Part shown: positions 38,301-46,920 of the stretch, piece after piece
Layout of the letters: every line of letters begins with the position of its first letter
Position numbering within the stretch: position 1 is the first letter of the stretch
NCBI GenBank assembly: GCA_041649135.1
Contig: JBAZNQ010000002.1
Coordinates: 143,702 to 207,701 of the forward strand
Length of the DNA stretch: 64,000 nucleotides
Direction: 5' to 3'
DNA from: Patescibacteria group bacterium
Lineage (GTDB): Bacteria; Patescibacteriota; Kazan-3B-28
Made by a program: the position numbers and the translations under genes
Notes under the pieces: model-generated
Seen by the model: only the letters and a program-made list of their open reading frames with translations
The model's database searches: none
Told to the model about the DNA's origin: nothing

Positions 38301-38415
38301 TTTTCGCATGAGTTGGTGGCTCTGGTTTTTGACTCTCCAACTGGTCCAAGCTTTTGCCGGCGGTGCTGTAATTATTGCTAAAAAACTTCGTCGCCGTTTT
38401 ATCATCCCGCTCTAG
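35326..38415 (+). CDS. Large membrane-anchored Kelch/beta-propeller-like protein
   Basis: N-terminal TM; repeated LxDGRVL/LPNGKVL and YDP motifs; C-terminal TM with basic tail; exact start uncertain. Confidence 0.7.
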   Translation: MSGVKKITQSVKTTKPVSLLPNVLLLPAPHHRKWGWLIWTIILLGLLLGSIWLLRGCKTTVVSAVQAEALQAHYGKFDLLDGGPSLTGGPYNLLAQGLHYYHEVMPDGRILFVSDLTNRLDTSQTDSAADPAEIAQQVFIFDPAVNKFQDSPVSLNDKYDLDTNLLIKSGQLAVFDLDPTELRNASGNLFNTGPGGVNPKLALYDSLTGEKTDIKPEGEDLASTHFGQHPYIFELSDGILIGAVEYSQIGNYAAKQTTAVTFFYDYHTQKLTKQVGSIGLPDTDYYTSQPVVKLTDDQSLILSGADLYLLDHKTKTAVFKRRLTAYQSNEIISAQIIPNTTLVWIIASNSQTITADSIIYLYNFETNNLYSHRLGNLPLKQGTVASEYIPGQSSGIPRESDEPADSNQPATINEAETNLYHLQPLRDGTVLITGSRYYDLPWSFGLTTLLKNQWLDRADQATTADIDPANNYAAQLAANLADSSSAYNCTIQDSILLSDGRVLFAGCRWFTYTPAASKTSTQTNNANTFASQLGQVGHWTDGGKLLVGDAEKTTNDEEYSLVTDANPKFGIPYALPNGKVLFVNPVLEKQQNEWVNTDVFGQVYDPATSRSQWVTSSNIIGKKVPYTNGVTDSKGNVHFFDTLKDEELIYYANSDQLVLRSLVGQDYGDGVYKPDSATAFAGLPVAVDDKIFFFDGQTVVVFNIKNGQYSDIEKQREAAWLEKHPKDNVSQEVMDELNSGLPIFDATCTVSDPTARSKNLFGGVSSGSKEVLCGVESALYLGNHRILLAGGNQLKIYNYQSTKTEALPDLENILNIRQLFRMSDGRVALVGQATLPNGETLRSGQPDTVKTQVIEILNINTQTVSDPITNPHFPMGGTMDISYDVWSLPNDRLLFAAQLGTRLSLYDLQRHCWLNPPEALVNLGYANNDLITQLSDRPTIIKIATKLSYVDYTKETLATDTTSQSDVTVLPADAVELFIPETGPWGYYDSTVFRMSWWLWFLTLQLVQAFAGGAVIIAKKLRRRFIIPL

Positions 38416-38418
38416 GAC

Positions 38419-38447
38419 TTGATTTTTCCCTCTTGGACAGGTAGAAT
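38419..38447 (+). promoter_or_regulatory. Sigma70 promoter of tmRNA
   Basis: TTGATT-N17-TAGAAT. Confidence 0.55.
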
Positions 38448-38600
38448 TGCCCCGTTATCCTCAACTGGGGTCCCCGCGAGAATCTAATCCCGACGAATGG
38501 AGGGATGAGGCTCGTGGGGAGAGGAGAAACTCTATCGAATCAAAAGCGCCGATTCCAATTTATTTGGGAGCCAGCGTAAAATGAGATGAGTTTCGACGAA

Positions 38601-38971
38601 GGGGCTGTCTAGCTTCGACGGGGAACCTTGATTTCTAGATATTGCATGTCGTTTGCGCTCGAGAAACGTAAAATAACGAGCAAACTTACAAATGCCAACG
38701 CATTTGGCGGTCGTCTTCAGACCGCAACCGCAGTAGCCTAATTGTTACTGCCATCGTCATCTGACTCGCTTAACGGCCGGAACCGACGGTGTAACTTTAG
38801 TTAAGCTGCTGCAATTACGGTCGCTGTAATTGTTTAAGACTAAAGCGGCTTGCCTTGCTGTTGCTTTGTTGGCTTGAGGATAGCAGGGGACACCAATCAA
38901 ACCAACTACACATGTAGTAATGTCTAGACGTCGTTTCTCGGACGGGGGTGCGAATCCCCCCAGCTCCACCA
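38601..38971 (+). ncRNA. ssrA: tmRNA; tag peptide ANAFGGRLQTATAVA (38694-38741)
   Basis: 5' GGGGCTG..TTCGAC; 3' GACGGGGGTGCGAATCCCCCCAGCTCCACCA with G3:U70; Ala-ending tag ORF; smpB nearby. Confidence 0.93.
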
Positions 38972-38972
38972 A

Positions 38973-39187
38973 CCTTCGCCTCCTTAATTTGGAGTTTTAT
39001 ATAAAATAAAAAGCGAAGGTTGCCCTCCGTAGCTCGTCAGAGCGAAGGACGGGCAGGCTACGGTTGGCTGCGCCGCTTAAGGTGTGCTGATGGCACAGAT
39101 TTTAAATACAGAAAAACAGCGAAGGTTGCCCTTCGAAGCTCTCGACCTTCGTAGCTTTAGCGAAGTAGGTTTGAGCGTAGTAGGGCT
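38973..39187. repeat. Cluster of CCTYCGTAGCT..AGCGAAG-type hairpin repeats between tmRNA and GIY-YIG gene
   Basis: GCGAAGGTTGCCCTCCGTAGCTCGTCAGAGCGAAGGACGGGC and GCGAAGGTTGCCCTTCGAAGCTC[GACCTTCGTAGCTTTAGCGAAGTAGGT]GAGCGTAGTAGGGC. Confidence 0.75.
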
Positions 39188-39198
39188 ATAATCAAATT

Positions 39199-39441
39199 AT
39201 GTATTATGTCTATCTATTGCGTAGTCATAAAGACAAGCGACAAAATTACATTGGCAGTACGGCAGATTTGAGAACTCGACTCGTGGCACATAATGCAGGT
39301 CAATCTCCACACACCAGCAAATTCAAACCCTGGGGCGTCATTTGCTACATCGCCTTCAAGACTAAAGTTCAAGCTGAGAAATTCGAGACCTATCTTAAGG
39401 CCGGTTCCGGCAAAGCATTCGCCAACAAGCATTTGTTCTAA
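39199..39441 (+). CDS. Small GIY-YIG nuclease family protein
   Basis: MYYVYLLRS..YIGST.DL..RL..HN.G...TSKFKPW..E.YLK.GSG. Confidence 0.9.
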   Translation: MYYVYLLRSHKDKRQNYIGSTADLRTRLVAHNAGQSPHTSKFKPWGVICYIAFKTKVQAEKFETYLKAGSGKAFANKHLF

Positions 39442-39479
39442 ATCTCCTTTGTGGGACTGGTTTTTTATTTGACAGCAAG

Positions 39480-39968
39480 GTGCAGTTGGAATATAATGTG
39501 CCCATCACGGGGGCTCTGATGCCCCTTACTTTGGAGGTGGTGCAAATGATGAGTCGTATCACTGCCGCCGAGATTTTTACCCACCCAGAAGACCTTTGTC
39601 TCATCGTCTTTCAGCCGAAGGGACAACAAAAATGGGGGGTACAAATAGCACGCGGCAAGGGACACAATTACAAGATGATGCTGGATAACGGCATCGATCA
39701 GCCACCCCACTGGGACAGTCGTCAGGCTGCCGTGGATGGCATCTGTGAAATACTTTCCTTCGCCGTTGAGGCAGCGACAAAGGAAATGCAGGAACCCTCT
39801 TCTCTTTTGGCAGCGGTGTCTAATCCCAAAGGCCTGAAAGAGGAAGAGATGTGGAACTGCCTCAAAGCCGAGGACATCCAAGAAATTAAGGAGCGGTTTA
39901 CCAAAGCGGATGCAGTAGATACCTCCAAGGTTCCACTCACACGCCTTGCAACGGCAACCACTTCCTAA
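39480..39968 (+). CDS. Hypothetical protein
   Basis: 162-aa ORF, start uncertain. Confidence 0.55.
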   Translation: MQLEYNVPITGALMPLTLEVVQMMSRITAAEIFTHPEDLCLIVFQPKGQQKWGVQIARGKGHNYKMMLDNGIDQPPHWDSRQAAVDGICEILSFAVEAATKEMQEPSSLLAAVSNPKGLKEEEMWNCLKAEDIQEIKERFTKADAVDTSKVPLTRLATATTS

Positions 39969-40041
39969 TCCCTTATGTCGCCGTCATTCAAGCAGGCTCT
40001 GGAGTCCAACTCCATCCTGTTTTTTCTTTATCCAAATTCTG

Positions 40042-40518
40042 CTACCGCTTCACTCTCATCTTCCGAGCAATTTCTCGCTCGGTTTCTTTGCGTTTTAGAC
40101 TTTCTCGTTTATCAAACTTTTTCTTTCCCTTAGCCAGCGCCAGCTCTACTTTGATGTGATTACGGGTGCTGTAAATTTTGGTCGGGATTAAACTCAAACC
40201 CTGTTCTTGAAGTTTGCTAGTTAACTGAATCAGTTCTTTTTTATGTAATAAAAGTTTGCGTGGTCGAGTCGGTTCGTAACTTTGTTGTTTCGTTGACCAA
40301 CCCGCAGAGCTACGCCCAGTACTGCTGGCGGGGGAGTAGGGAGCAATATGCAGTTTATGTAGCCACGCCTCGCCACCGACAATTTTGACATAACTATCGG
40401 CCAAGTTGGCTTGTCCAGCTCTAACTGACTTTACTTCGCCACCGCTCAATACCAACCCCGCCTCAAAAGTTTCGAGGAGGTGATAGTTAAAATACGCTTG
40501 CCGGTTTAAAATTGTCAT
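40042..40518 (-). CDS. smpB: SsrA-binding protein SmpB (with short in-frame insertion)
   Basis: NRQAYFNY..EAGLVLSGGEVKSVRAG, HIAPY, RKLLLHKKE, LAKGKKKFDKRE. Confidence 0.96.
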   Translation of the reverse strand: MTILNRQAYFNYHLLETFEAGLVLSGGEVKSVRAGQANLADSYVKIVGGEAWLHKLHIAPYSPASSTGRSSAGWSTKQQSYEPTRPRKLLLHKKELIQLTSKLQEQGLSLIPTKIYSTRNHIKVELALAKGKKKFDKRESLKRKETEREIARKMRVKR

Positions 40519-40805
40519 TTCTATGATTATCTCCTATCTTGGTCATTGGAGCGAGGTCATCTTCTTTCACACCTTCGCCATTGGAGTCCGAACGTCCTGT
40601 CGCAATAAAATTAGCGCTGGCGAAGCTGTTGTTTGAGGTCGCCATAGGCGACCGAGTTCAGCGAGAGCGAAGAAAGCTAATTTTATTAGCGACAGAGTAA
40701 GGACGACTGGCGGGCGACTTTGGTTACTTTCCTCAAGCGGAAAGTAACAATTGCTGAAGCGCAATTTGACGCTTCAAAACAAAAAAGAAACACTTTCTGT
40801 TTCTA

Positions 40806-40833
40806 TCTGGATTCCCGCCTGCGCGGGAATGAC
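40806..40833. repeat. GTCAT-type palindromic repeat
   Basis: TCTGGATTCCCGCCTGCGCGGGAATGAC. Confidence 0.85.
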
Positions 40834-40867
40834 GAAAAATAAAAAGAAAAAATGCTACCCGCAGGGA

Positions 40868-43192
40868 TTACTTCATCGGCAGTCTGTACACCGCAGTTCC
40901 CGAAGTCAGATAAATAAATCCTCCCACCTCATCAACAAACAGATTGCTTGGGTTGCTGATGTTGCCATAGATGTATTGAGCCAAATAACCGCCCTCTTTG
41001 TCGTAAACCAATACGCGGCTGTTGGTTGAGTCTACCAGATACAGCTTACTGTCCGCGTTGGTGTAAATCTTGGTAATGTTACCAAATCCCGGATACGGTG
41101 ACGGTACTGCTTCTAGCTGGAATTGGGTTTCACTTCCGCCAGTATATTTCTTGACCATGTTATTCGGGAACAGCATGTACACACTGCCGTCAATCGCAAA
41201 CTCGGTTGCGCCAGCCAAACTGACTGCGCTACCTTCAAAATACGGGGCAACTTTGGTGTAGCCTTCTGGCACCGTTTGATACTTCCAAATCTGATTATTA
41301 GCTACGTCTAGGAAATACAATTTGTTGGTATACGCGATCAACTGGTCAGCATTACTCCAGTCGCCTGCGTCTAGTGCCTTGCCAGTTAAACTATTATTAT
41401 CCAAATTCAGGCTGTAGAGATTCGGTGGGGTAGTGTAGAAAATAATTTCTTTGTCCGACACCTGACCCACCAACTTCAATTTTTTATTGTCGCTCACTAG
41501 CGAATTTACAATCGCCACATCACTACTGGTAGACTTCAGTTTGTAAACCTTGTTGTTATCCGGATCAATCGCGTAAACGTTACCGCCCAAGACGGTAATC
41601 GGTCCAACCTTCACTTGATTAGTCGTCTCGCTCCCAGTATTTAATTGGGAGGTCAAAACATTAAAATCGGCCAATGGCTGAATATCGTTGAACCGTTTTA
41701 CATGGTTAACGGTATCGAGTTGTCCTTCCAATTCCGCCACCAACGCAGTTGCTTGGTCTTTGGTTTTGCGGTTAGACGTTGCCGATTGGGCTAACAAGTA
41801 AGCTTCTGCCAGCAAGTTTCTGGCCTTAGCGCTATCTTCATAAATCAATGCTGCTTGAGCTTCATCTCGTTTTTGTTGAGCTTCTGCCAAGGCGACAGTG
41901 GCTGTTTTGCCACCGACTTTGCCGATTGCTCCACGCGACAATCCGATAGTTGAAAACACTACTATCAACACTAATCCAGCCACAATTCCGATCAAAATCT
42001 GGTTGCCTTTCGGATGACGCTTAATTACTTTCACTCCTTTAGTAACGGTTCTCACTACCCAATCGATTGCTACTAGTCCAGCGGCACCAGCTACTCGCAA
42101 CATCTGCCAAGCCACTTTGCCGGCTCGATTAACCTGTTTGGAATCAATTTTTAATTTGTCCCGATAATCTCCGAAATTCACTCCGTTCTTCAAACCTTCA
42201 AGCGAGGGACGGGAAATCTTCAATTGGGGCAAGCGTACCTTATATGATCCTCCGTCTTCGGTTTCTTCGGCTTCGTCAATCACTAATTCTTCTCTGTCCG
42301 ATGCTGATTCCTTGGTCTCTTGGACCATCGGTATCTCCGGCTCTTCTTCCTTGGTGTCAATGGCTTGCTCAACGGTTTTTTCTTTATCAATTGCCGGCGC
42401 TCCACCCAAAAAGCCTGACCGCCGATGGGTCTGGACTTCTGACGGTGTGCCAATCCAATTTTCGCTTGGTTCAGTTTCTTCTTCGGCTTGAGCTAATAAT
42501 TCCGGCAAAGAAAACTCGGCCACCAGCACGCTGGTGTGATTGATCTCTGATTCTTGTTCCAGCAAAGTCGCCAATTTTTTAGCCGCTTGGGCTGGGGTAT
42601 GATTATCCATCAGCCGTTTTAGCTTTTCAATTGAAACATAGTAAAACAGCTCCGAGGTGCTCACCACCAGCTTATCACTGACTTCAATTTCACCTTCGAC
42701 TAAATTCATCAAGGTTTCTTCTGGGCGGTAGGTCTCGCCGGGGGTATACATCCCCTTAGATAAATTAGTCAGCGCTCCGCTTCGCAGTAAGTGTATTTCT
42801 GCTGTACCACGTTGAACGATATGAACTTCTTTTCCACTTACCGCGGCAATTACTGCGTTAAATTTGCCAATCCAATCTTTCTCGCCCTGCTTGGCAATTG
42901 CCATTAGCTCATCGTTGGCTGCCTTTAACGCATTTTCAAAACTCTCGCCAGCCGAGAGCTCCAAGTCGCTGTAATATTCTTCCTTAATAATATCGATTAA
43001 ATTGTAGGCGATATCTGCCGTCAGGGGACTAGGACTGCCGATGTCGATAATAAAATACAGACTACCGTGCTGTTTCTCGTTAGCGTCGTCTGGCTCATAT
43101 GCCAACGCCGTCGAAAAACCGCCGCGAGCTTTCTGATGCGACAAAACTTTACCAATTCTGGTTTCCAATCGTTGTTGAGTAGAGACGGTCAT
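40868..43192 (-). CDS. Membrane protein: PP2C-like N-terminal fold, acidic linker, TM, C-terminal NHL/beta-propeller
   Basis: ESFENALKAAN..IHLLRSG..GEIEVSDKLVVST (degenerate PP2C); LYFLDVANNQIWKY, FAIDGSVY, LYLVDSTNSRVLVYDKEG. Confidence 0.7.
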   Translation of the reverse strand: MTVSTQQRLETRIGKVLSHQKARGGFSTALAYEPDDANEKQHGSLYFIIDIGSPSPLTADIAYNLIDIIKEEYYSDLELSAGESFENALKAANDELMAIAKQGEKDWIGKFNAVIAAVSGKEVHIVQRGTAEIHLLRSGALTNLSKGMYTPGETYRPEETLMNLVEGEIEVSDKLVVSTSELFYYVSIEKLKRLMDNHTPAQAAKKLATLLEQESEINHTSVLVAEFSLPELLAQAEEETEPSENWIGTPSEVQTHRRSGFLGGAPAIDKEKTVEQAIDTKEEEPEIPMVQETKESASDREELVIDEAEETEDGGSYKVRLPQLKISRPSLEGLKNGVNFGDYRDKLKIDSKQVNRAGKVAWQMLRVAGAAGLVAIDWVVRTVTKGVKVIKRHPKGNQILIGIVAGLVLIVVFSTIGLSRGAIGKVGGKTATVALAEAQQKRDEAQAALIYEDSAKARNLLAEAYLLAQSATSNRKTKDQATALVAELEGQLDTVNHVKRFNDIQPLADFNVLTSQLNTGSETTNQVKVGPITVLGGNVYAIDPDNNKVYKLKSTSSDVAIVNSLVSDNKKLKLVGQVSDKEIIFYTTPPNLYSLNLDNNSLTGKALDAGDWSNADQLIAYTNKLYFLDVANNQIWKYQTVPEGYTKVAPYFEGSAVSLAGATEFAIDGSVYMLFPNNMVKKYTGGSETQFQLEAVPSPYPGFGNITKIYTNADSKLYLVDSTNSRVLVYDKEGGYLAQYIYGNISNPSNLFVDEVGGFIYLTSGTAVYRLPMK

Positions 43193-43306
43193 AGCTTTGA
43201 TTCCAACAAACCTATTATAACGACAGGGAAACTTACTTGCCAATCGCATTTTTGGCGACGTTCCCCCTGACGCTCTATGATAAGATGACTACAGGAGGAA
43301 GGCAAT

Positions 43307-44167
43307 ATGAGGGGGCAACTCTGGTGGATAAAACTAGCTTTGGGAGCGATTTTTATTGGGCTCATCGGTTGGTGGGTTGCGCCCTACTTTTCTGGTCGCA
43401 GTTTAATCAACCCAGTCTGGCTAACTGTCGGCTCAATTCAGCTTTACTGGTATGGTCTACTGATGACTATCGGTATTTTTAGCGGTTTTGGTCTGGTATT
43501 TTGGCTCAACCGTCAATTATTTCAATTAAACAGCGATCATTTGTTCTACTCTCTCGTTAGCGCAGTTATCGGTGGTTTCATCGGTGCCCGACTGGTATTT
43601 GTTATCCTCGCTTGGCCAATCTATGTCAACAATCTCGATCAAATTTGGCAAATCCATAGTGGCGGCATGAGTATTCATGGCGGAATCCTCGGCGGTTTGT
43701 TGGGACTTTGGGCGGGGAGCCGAATGTTAAAAATTGACTTTAGCCGTCTGGTTGATCTCTGCGCAATTGCTCTCCCGCTGGGACAAGCGATTGGCCGATG
43801 GGGAAATTTCTTTAATCAAGAAGCCTTTGGTGGTCCGACCGACCTTTCTTGGAAAATGTTTGTGGCACCAGAATTTCGTCCGGTTGGATTAACCGACCAA
43901 GCCTTTTACCATCCGACTTTTTTATACGAAGCTACTGGTAGCTTAATTATTTTTTGGCTACTCTGGCGTCTTATCTTTCGCCGCCCCCAGAGCGGCACAG
44001 TCGCACTCTGGTATCTGATACTATATAGTAGCTGGCGGTTTATCATGGAGTATTTTCGGATTGACAGTCAGCAATGGAACATTCTGACTATCGCCCAGTG
44101 GGCAAGTCTGGCTATTGTTGTTGTCGCTGTCATATTACTTAATCGACGCAGAAATTATGGGAATTGA
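43307..44167 (+). CDS. lgt: Prolipoprotein diacylglyceryl transferase
   Basis: WYGLL, GARL, GGMSIHGG, GQAIGRWGNFFNQEAFG, HPTFLYE. Confidence 0.95.
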   Translation: MRGQLWWIKLALGAIFIGLIGWWVAPYFSGRSLINPVWLTVGSIQLYWYGLLMTIGIFSGFGLVFWLNRQLFQLNSDHLFYSLVSAVIGGFIGARLVFVILAWPIYVNNLDQIWQIHSGGMSIHGGILGGLLGLWAGSRMLKIDFSRLVDLCAIALPLGQAIGRWGNFFNQEAFGGPTDLSWKMFVAPEFRPVGLTDQAFYHPTFLYEATGSLIIFWLLWRLIFRRPQSGTVALWYLILYSSWRFIMEYFRIDSQQWNILTIAQWASLAIVVVAVILLNRRRNYGN

Positions 44168-45143
44168 ACTTATCATCATTGGGGGATTAGCTGTTGCGCT
44201 AGTATTTGCGCTGGTGGTGATTTGGCAACGATCAAAACCAATTACCGACCAAGGCCTAAGCCACAATCTCGAAATCATTGCCCAATCCATGCAGAGGGTT
44301 CAATCCGAACAACGTGCCAGTCAGGAAGTCCAGCGTACTCTCAAAGATGAATTGCGCCACACCGCTGACCATCTCAAAAATCTAACCGTTGCTTCCGAAG
44401 AACGCGAACAGCGCGATCAAACTTATTTTAAAAATCTCTTAGAGGCTTCCAAGAATATCGAGAGCGTGATGCGGGGGAGCAAGACCAAAGGCATGGCCGG
44501 CGAAAACATTGTTCGGGAGATTTTGAAAATCTTTCCCCAAGGCACTATGGTCTATGACTTCAAAATCGGCAGTAAGGTGGTTGAGTTTGGTCTCAAATTG
44601 CCGGACGGTCGGATTTTGCCAATCGACTCCAAGATTATGGCTTCCGACGAATTACAGGAACTCGCTACTTCTGACAACGAAGATGCCAAATTAAAAATCA
44701 TTCAAAAGCTGGAGCTAGCGGTTTTACGCAAAGCTCGTGAAGTTGGCGAATACATTTCACCACCAGTCACTTACGAGCGGGCGATTATGGCGGTACCAGA
44801 TTCGCTTCATTATTTGTTGAAAGAATCCATCATCAAAGCTCATCGCGACTACGGTGTGTTGATTATTTCTTATAGCATGACCATCCCTTATATCCTGTCG
44901 TTTATGGATCTTCAGCGTAAACACAGCACTCACCTTGATGAAGAACGGGTAAAAACTTTTCTCGAAAGTTTGAATTTGTCACTTTCTAAGATGGATGACA
45001 TTCTCGACAACAAGGTCGCCAAAGGTAACGTCATGATTAGCAATGCGTATGGTGAATATAAGCAGATTGTTAGTAAAATAAGAGGAGACGCATTAGGTTT
45101 GCGTGCGGTCGAAGAAGCCGCCAAGTTAGAACAACCCAAATGA
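44157..45143 (+). CDS. rmuC: DNA recombination protein RmuC family
   Basis: TM, coiled coil, KGMAGE, LPDGRILPIDSK. Confidence 0.8.
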   Translation: MGIELIIIGGLAVALVFALVVIWQRSKPITDQGLSHNLEIIAQSMQRVQSEQRASQEVQRTLKDELRHTADHLKNLTVASEEREQRDQTYFKNLLEASKNIESVMRGSKTKGMAGENIVREILKIFPQGTMVYDFKIGSKVVEFGLKLPDGRILPIDSKIMASDELQELATSDNEDAKLKIIQKLELAVLRKAREVGEYISPPVTYERAIMAVPDSLHYLLKESIIKAHRDYGVLIISYSMTIPYILSFMDLQRKHSTHLDEERVKTFLESLNLSLSKMDDILDNKVAKGNVMISNAYGEYKQIVSKIRGDALGLRAVEEAAKLEQPK

Positions 45144-45505
45144 AAATTTTTAAAAGAATTTTAGTTATCGGTGGCAATACATTATTGCTGATTTTGCTGT
45201 CCGGCAACCTCTGGCAGTTGTATCAGTCCTATCTCACTGCCCAAGATTTGTTAAATCAACAGCTTCTCACTAGCGACCCAGACGCTCTCATTCGCAATAT
45301 CAATCAAGCTGGCGGTTCACTCTGGCTCTGGGGGGCTAACATTCTGGCTGTATTAATCGGGTTGTTTTTATTAATCGGCTGGTTTACTCCAGTCCGGTAT
45401 AAGAAATGGTTCTGGACTTTCAATTGGATCTGGCTGTTGGCGTGGCTGGTCTATTTACTTGCCAGCGCAGTATTACTAATAGTTTTGGTTAATCAACTTG
45501 CTTAA
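45140..45505 (+). CDS. Hypothetical membrane protein
   Basis: 3 TM segments, translationally coupled in operon. Confidence 0.7.
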   Translation: MKIFKRILVIGGNTLLLILLSGNLWQLYQSYLTAQDLLNQQLLTSDPDALIRNINQAGGSLWLWGANILAVLIGLFLLIGWFTPVRYKKWFWTFNWIWLLAWLVYLLASAVLLIVLVNQLA

Positions 45506-45508
45506 CTT

Positions 45509-46531
45509 ATGGGGGAAAAGGAACCCAATAAAAAACCCAACCTCGGTAGCCTGCTATTTTTAATTCTGGCACTGGTAGCGATTGGGGTAATTGGTTATAT
45601 GACCATCGAAGGCTGGAGTTTTCTTGATGCCCTCTACATGGTGGTCATTACTCTTGCTACCGTTGGTTTCAAGGAAGTCCATGCCATGTCACCCGCCGGC
45701 ACTATCTTTACCATTCTGTTAATTATCTTCGGACTGATTACGCTTTATTACGTTGTCAGATTATTGAGCGAATATATACTGGAAAATAAGCTGGAAGAGA
45801 CTTTAAAATATAAGAAGATGGAAAAAACTTTACGCAATCTGTCCGGTCACTACATTATTTGTGGCTTTGGTCGGGTCGGTCATCAAGTTGTTCATGAACT
45901 TAGTCATGATAGTGCGGAGTTTGTGGTTATCGAACGCAATCCCAAAGCCATTGAAGCTTGCGAACGGCTGGGATATCCCTGTATCAACGGAGATGCTACC
46001 GATGAAGACGCCCTGAAACAGGCTGGGATTCTCAATGCCAAAGGTTTGATTCTCTGTTTGGGGGAAGACAGCGATACAGTGCTGACTGTCGTTACTGCTC
46101 GGTCGATGAGCAAGGATATTTTTATTGTTGCTCGTGCCAGTGGTGAAAATACTGCCGGCAAACTGCTAAAAATCGGCGCCAATCGAGTAGTTTCGCCTCA
46201 CCAGATCGGGGGATTTCGGATGGCCAACTTTGCTATTAATCCGGAAGTAGCCGATTTTATTGACGATATCCAAGACCTGTCCAATACTGAAGTTCAGATT
46301 GACGATGTAGTTGTGCCATTAGATTCTCCCGCCGCTGGTCATACCATCGCTGAACGGCTGTCCAACCGCACCTACGGAGTGACTATCCTAGCCATCCATA
46401 AGCAAGACGGCGAAGCGATTATCAATCCCACGGGTGACGTCGGGGTTGAAGGTGGTGACCGCCTGATTTTACTTGGCACCAAAGGCAAACTCGACGCTAT
46501 GGTAAAATTACTGGGTACCCATACTCGCTGA
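45509..46531 (+). CDS. Potassium channel with TrkA-N/TrkA-C (RCK) domains
   Basis: DALYMVVITLATVGF filter, HYIICGFGRVG, GDAT, C-terminal TrkA-C. Confidence 0.92.
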   Translation: MGEKEPNKKPNLGSLLFLILALVAIGVIGYMTIEGWSFLDALYMVVITLATVGFKEVHAMSPAGTIFTILLIIFGLITLYYVVRLLSEYILENKLEETLKYKKMEKTLRNLSGHYIICGFGRVGHQVVHELSHDSAEFVVIERNPKAIEACERLGYPCINGDATDEDALKQAGILNAKGLILCLGEDSDTVLTVVTARSMSKDIFIVARASGENTAGKLLKIGANRVVSPHQIGGFRMANFAINPEVADFIDDIQDLSNTEVQIDDVVVPLDSPAAGHTIAERLSNRTYGVTILAIHKQDGEAIINPTGDVGVEGGDRLILLGTKGKLDAMVKLLGTHTR

Positions 46532-46547
46532 TTATAGGAGACACATC

Positions 46548-46916
46548 ATGGATTCACATTATTCCACAGAATTCTTAAATGCGCGCAAAGCTGATCTCGA
46601 GCGCCAAAAGGGGGAGCTGGAAAATCAATTACACCAGATTGCTCGCTACGATAATGCTTCTGGTAGTTGGGTGACACTCCAACCAGAGTTTGATTCCGGT
46701 ACTACTGAAGATGTTGGTGACCGTAGCGACGAAGCTCAAACTCTAGAAGAGAATCAAGCCCAAGTCGCCGAATTAGAAAAGTCATTGGTTGAAACCGATT
46801 ACGCTTTGGCTAAATTCGCCGACGGTAGTTATGGTAAGTGTGAAACCACCGGTGACTGGCTGGACGAAGCTCGACTGGTTGCTTATCCTGCCGCTCGAAT
46901 CTGTACTGACGACTAA
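46548..46916 (+). CDS. DksA/TraR family protein
   Basis: Coiled coil with D..D, then GSYGKCETTG....ARL.AYPAARIC. Confidence 0.8.
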   Translation: MDSHYSTEFLNARKADLERQKGELENQLHQIARYDNASGSWVTLQPEFDSGTTEDVGDRSDEAQTLEENQAQVAELEKSLVETDYALAKFADGSYGKCETTGDWLDEARLVAYPAARICTDD

Positions 46917-46920
46917 TATT

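Noticed and set aside
38971-39968. Prophage or integrative element at the tmRNA 3' end
   Set aside because: No integrase and no duplicated tmRNA 3' end (att site) seen; only two small ORFs lie before smpB
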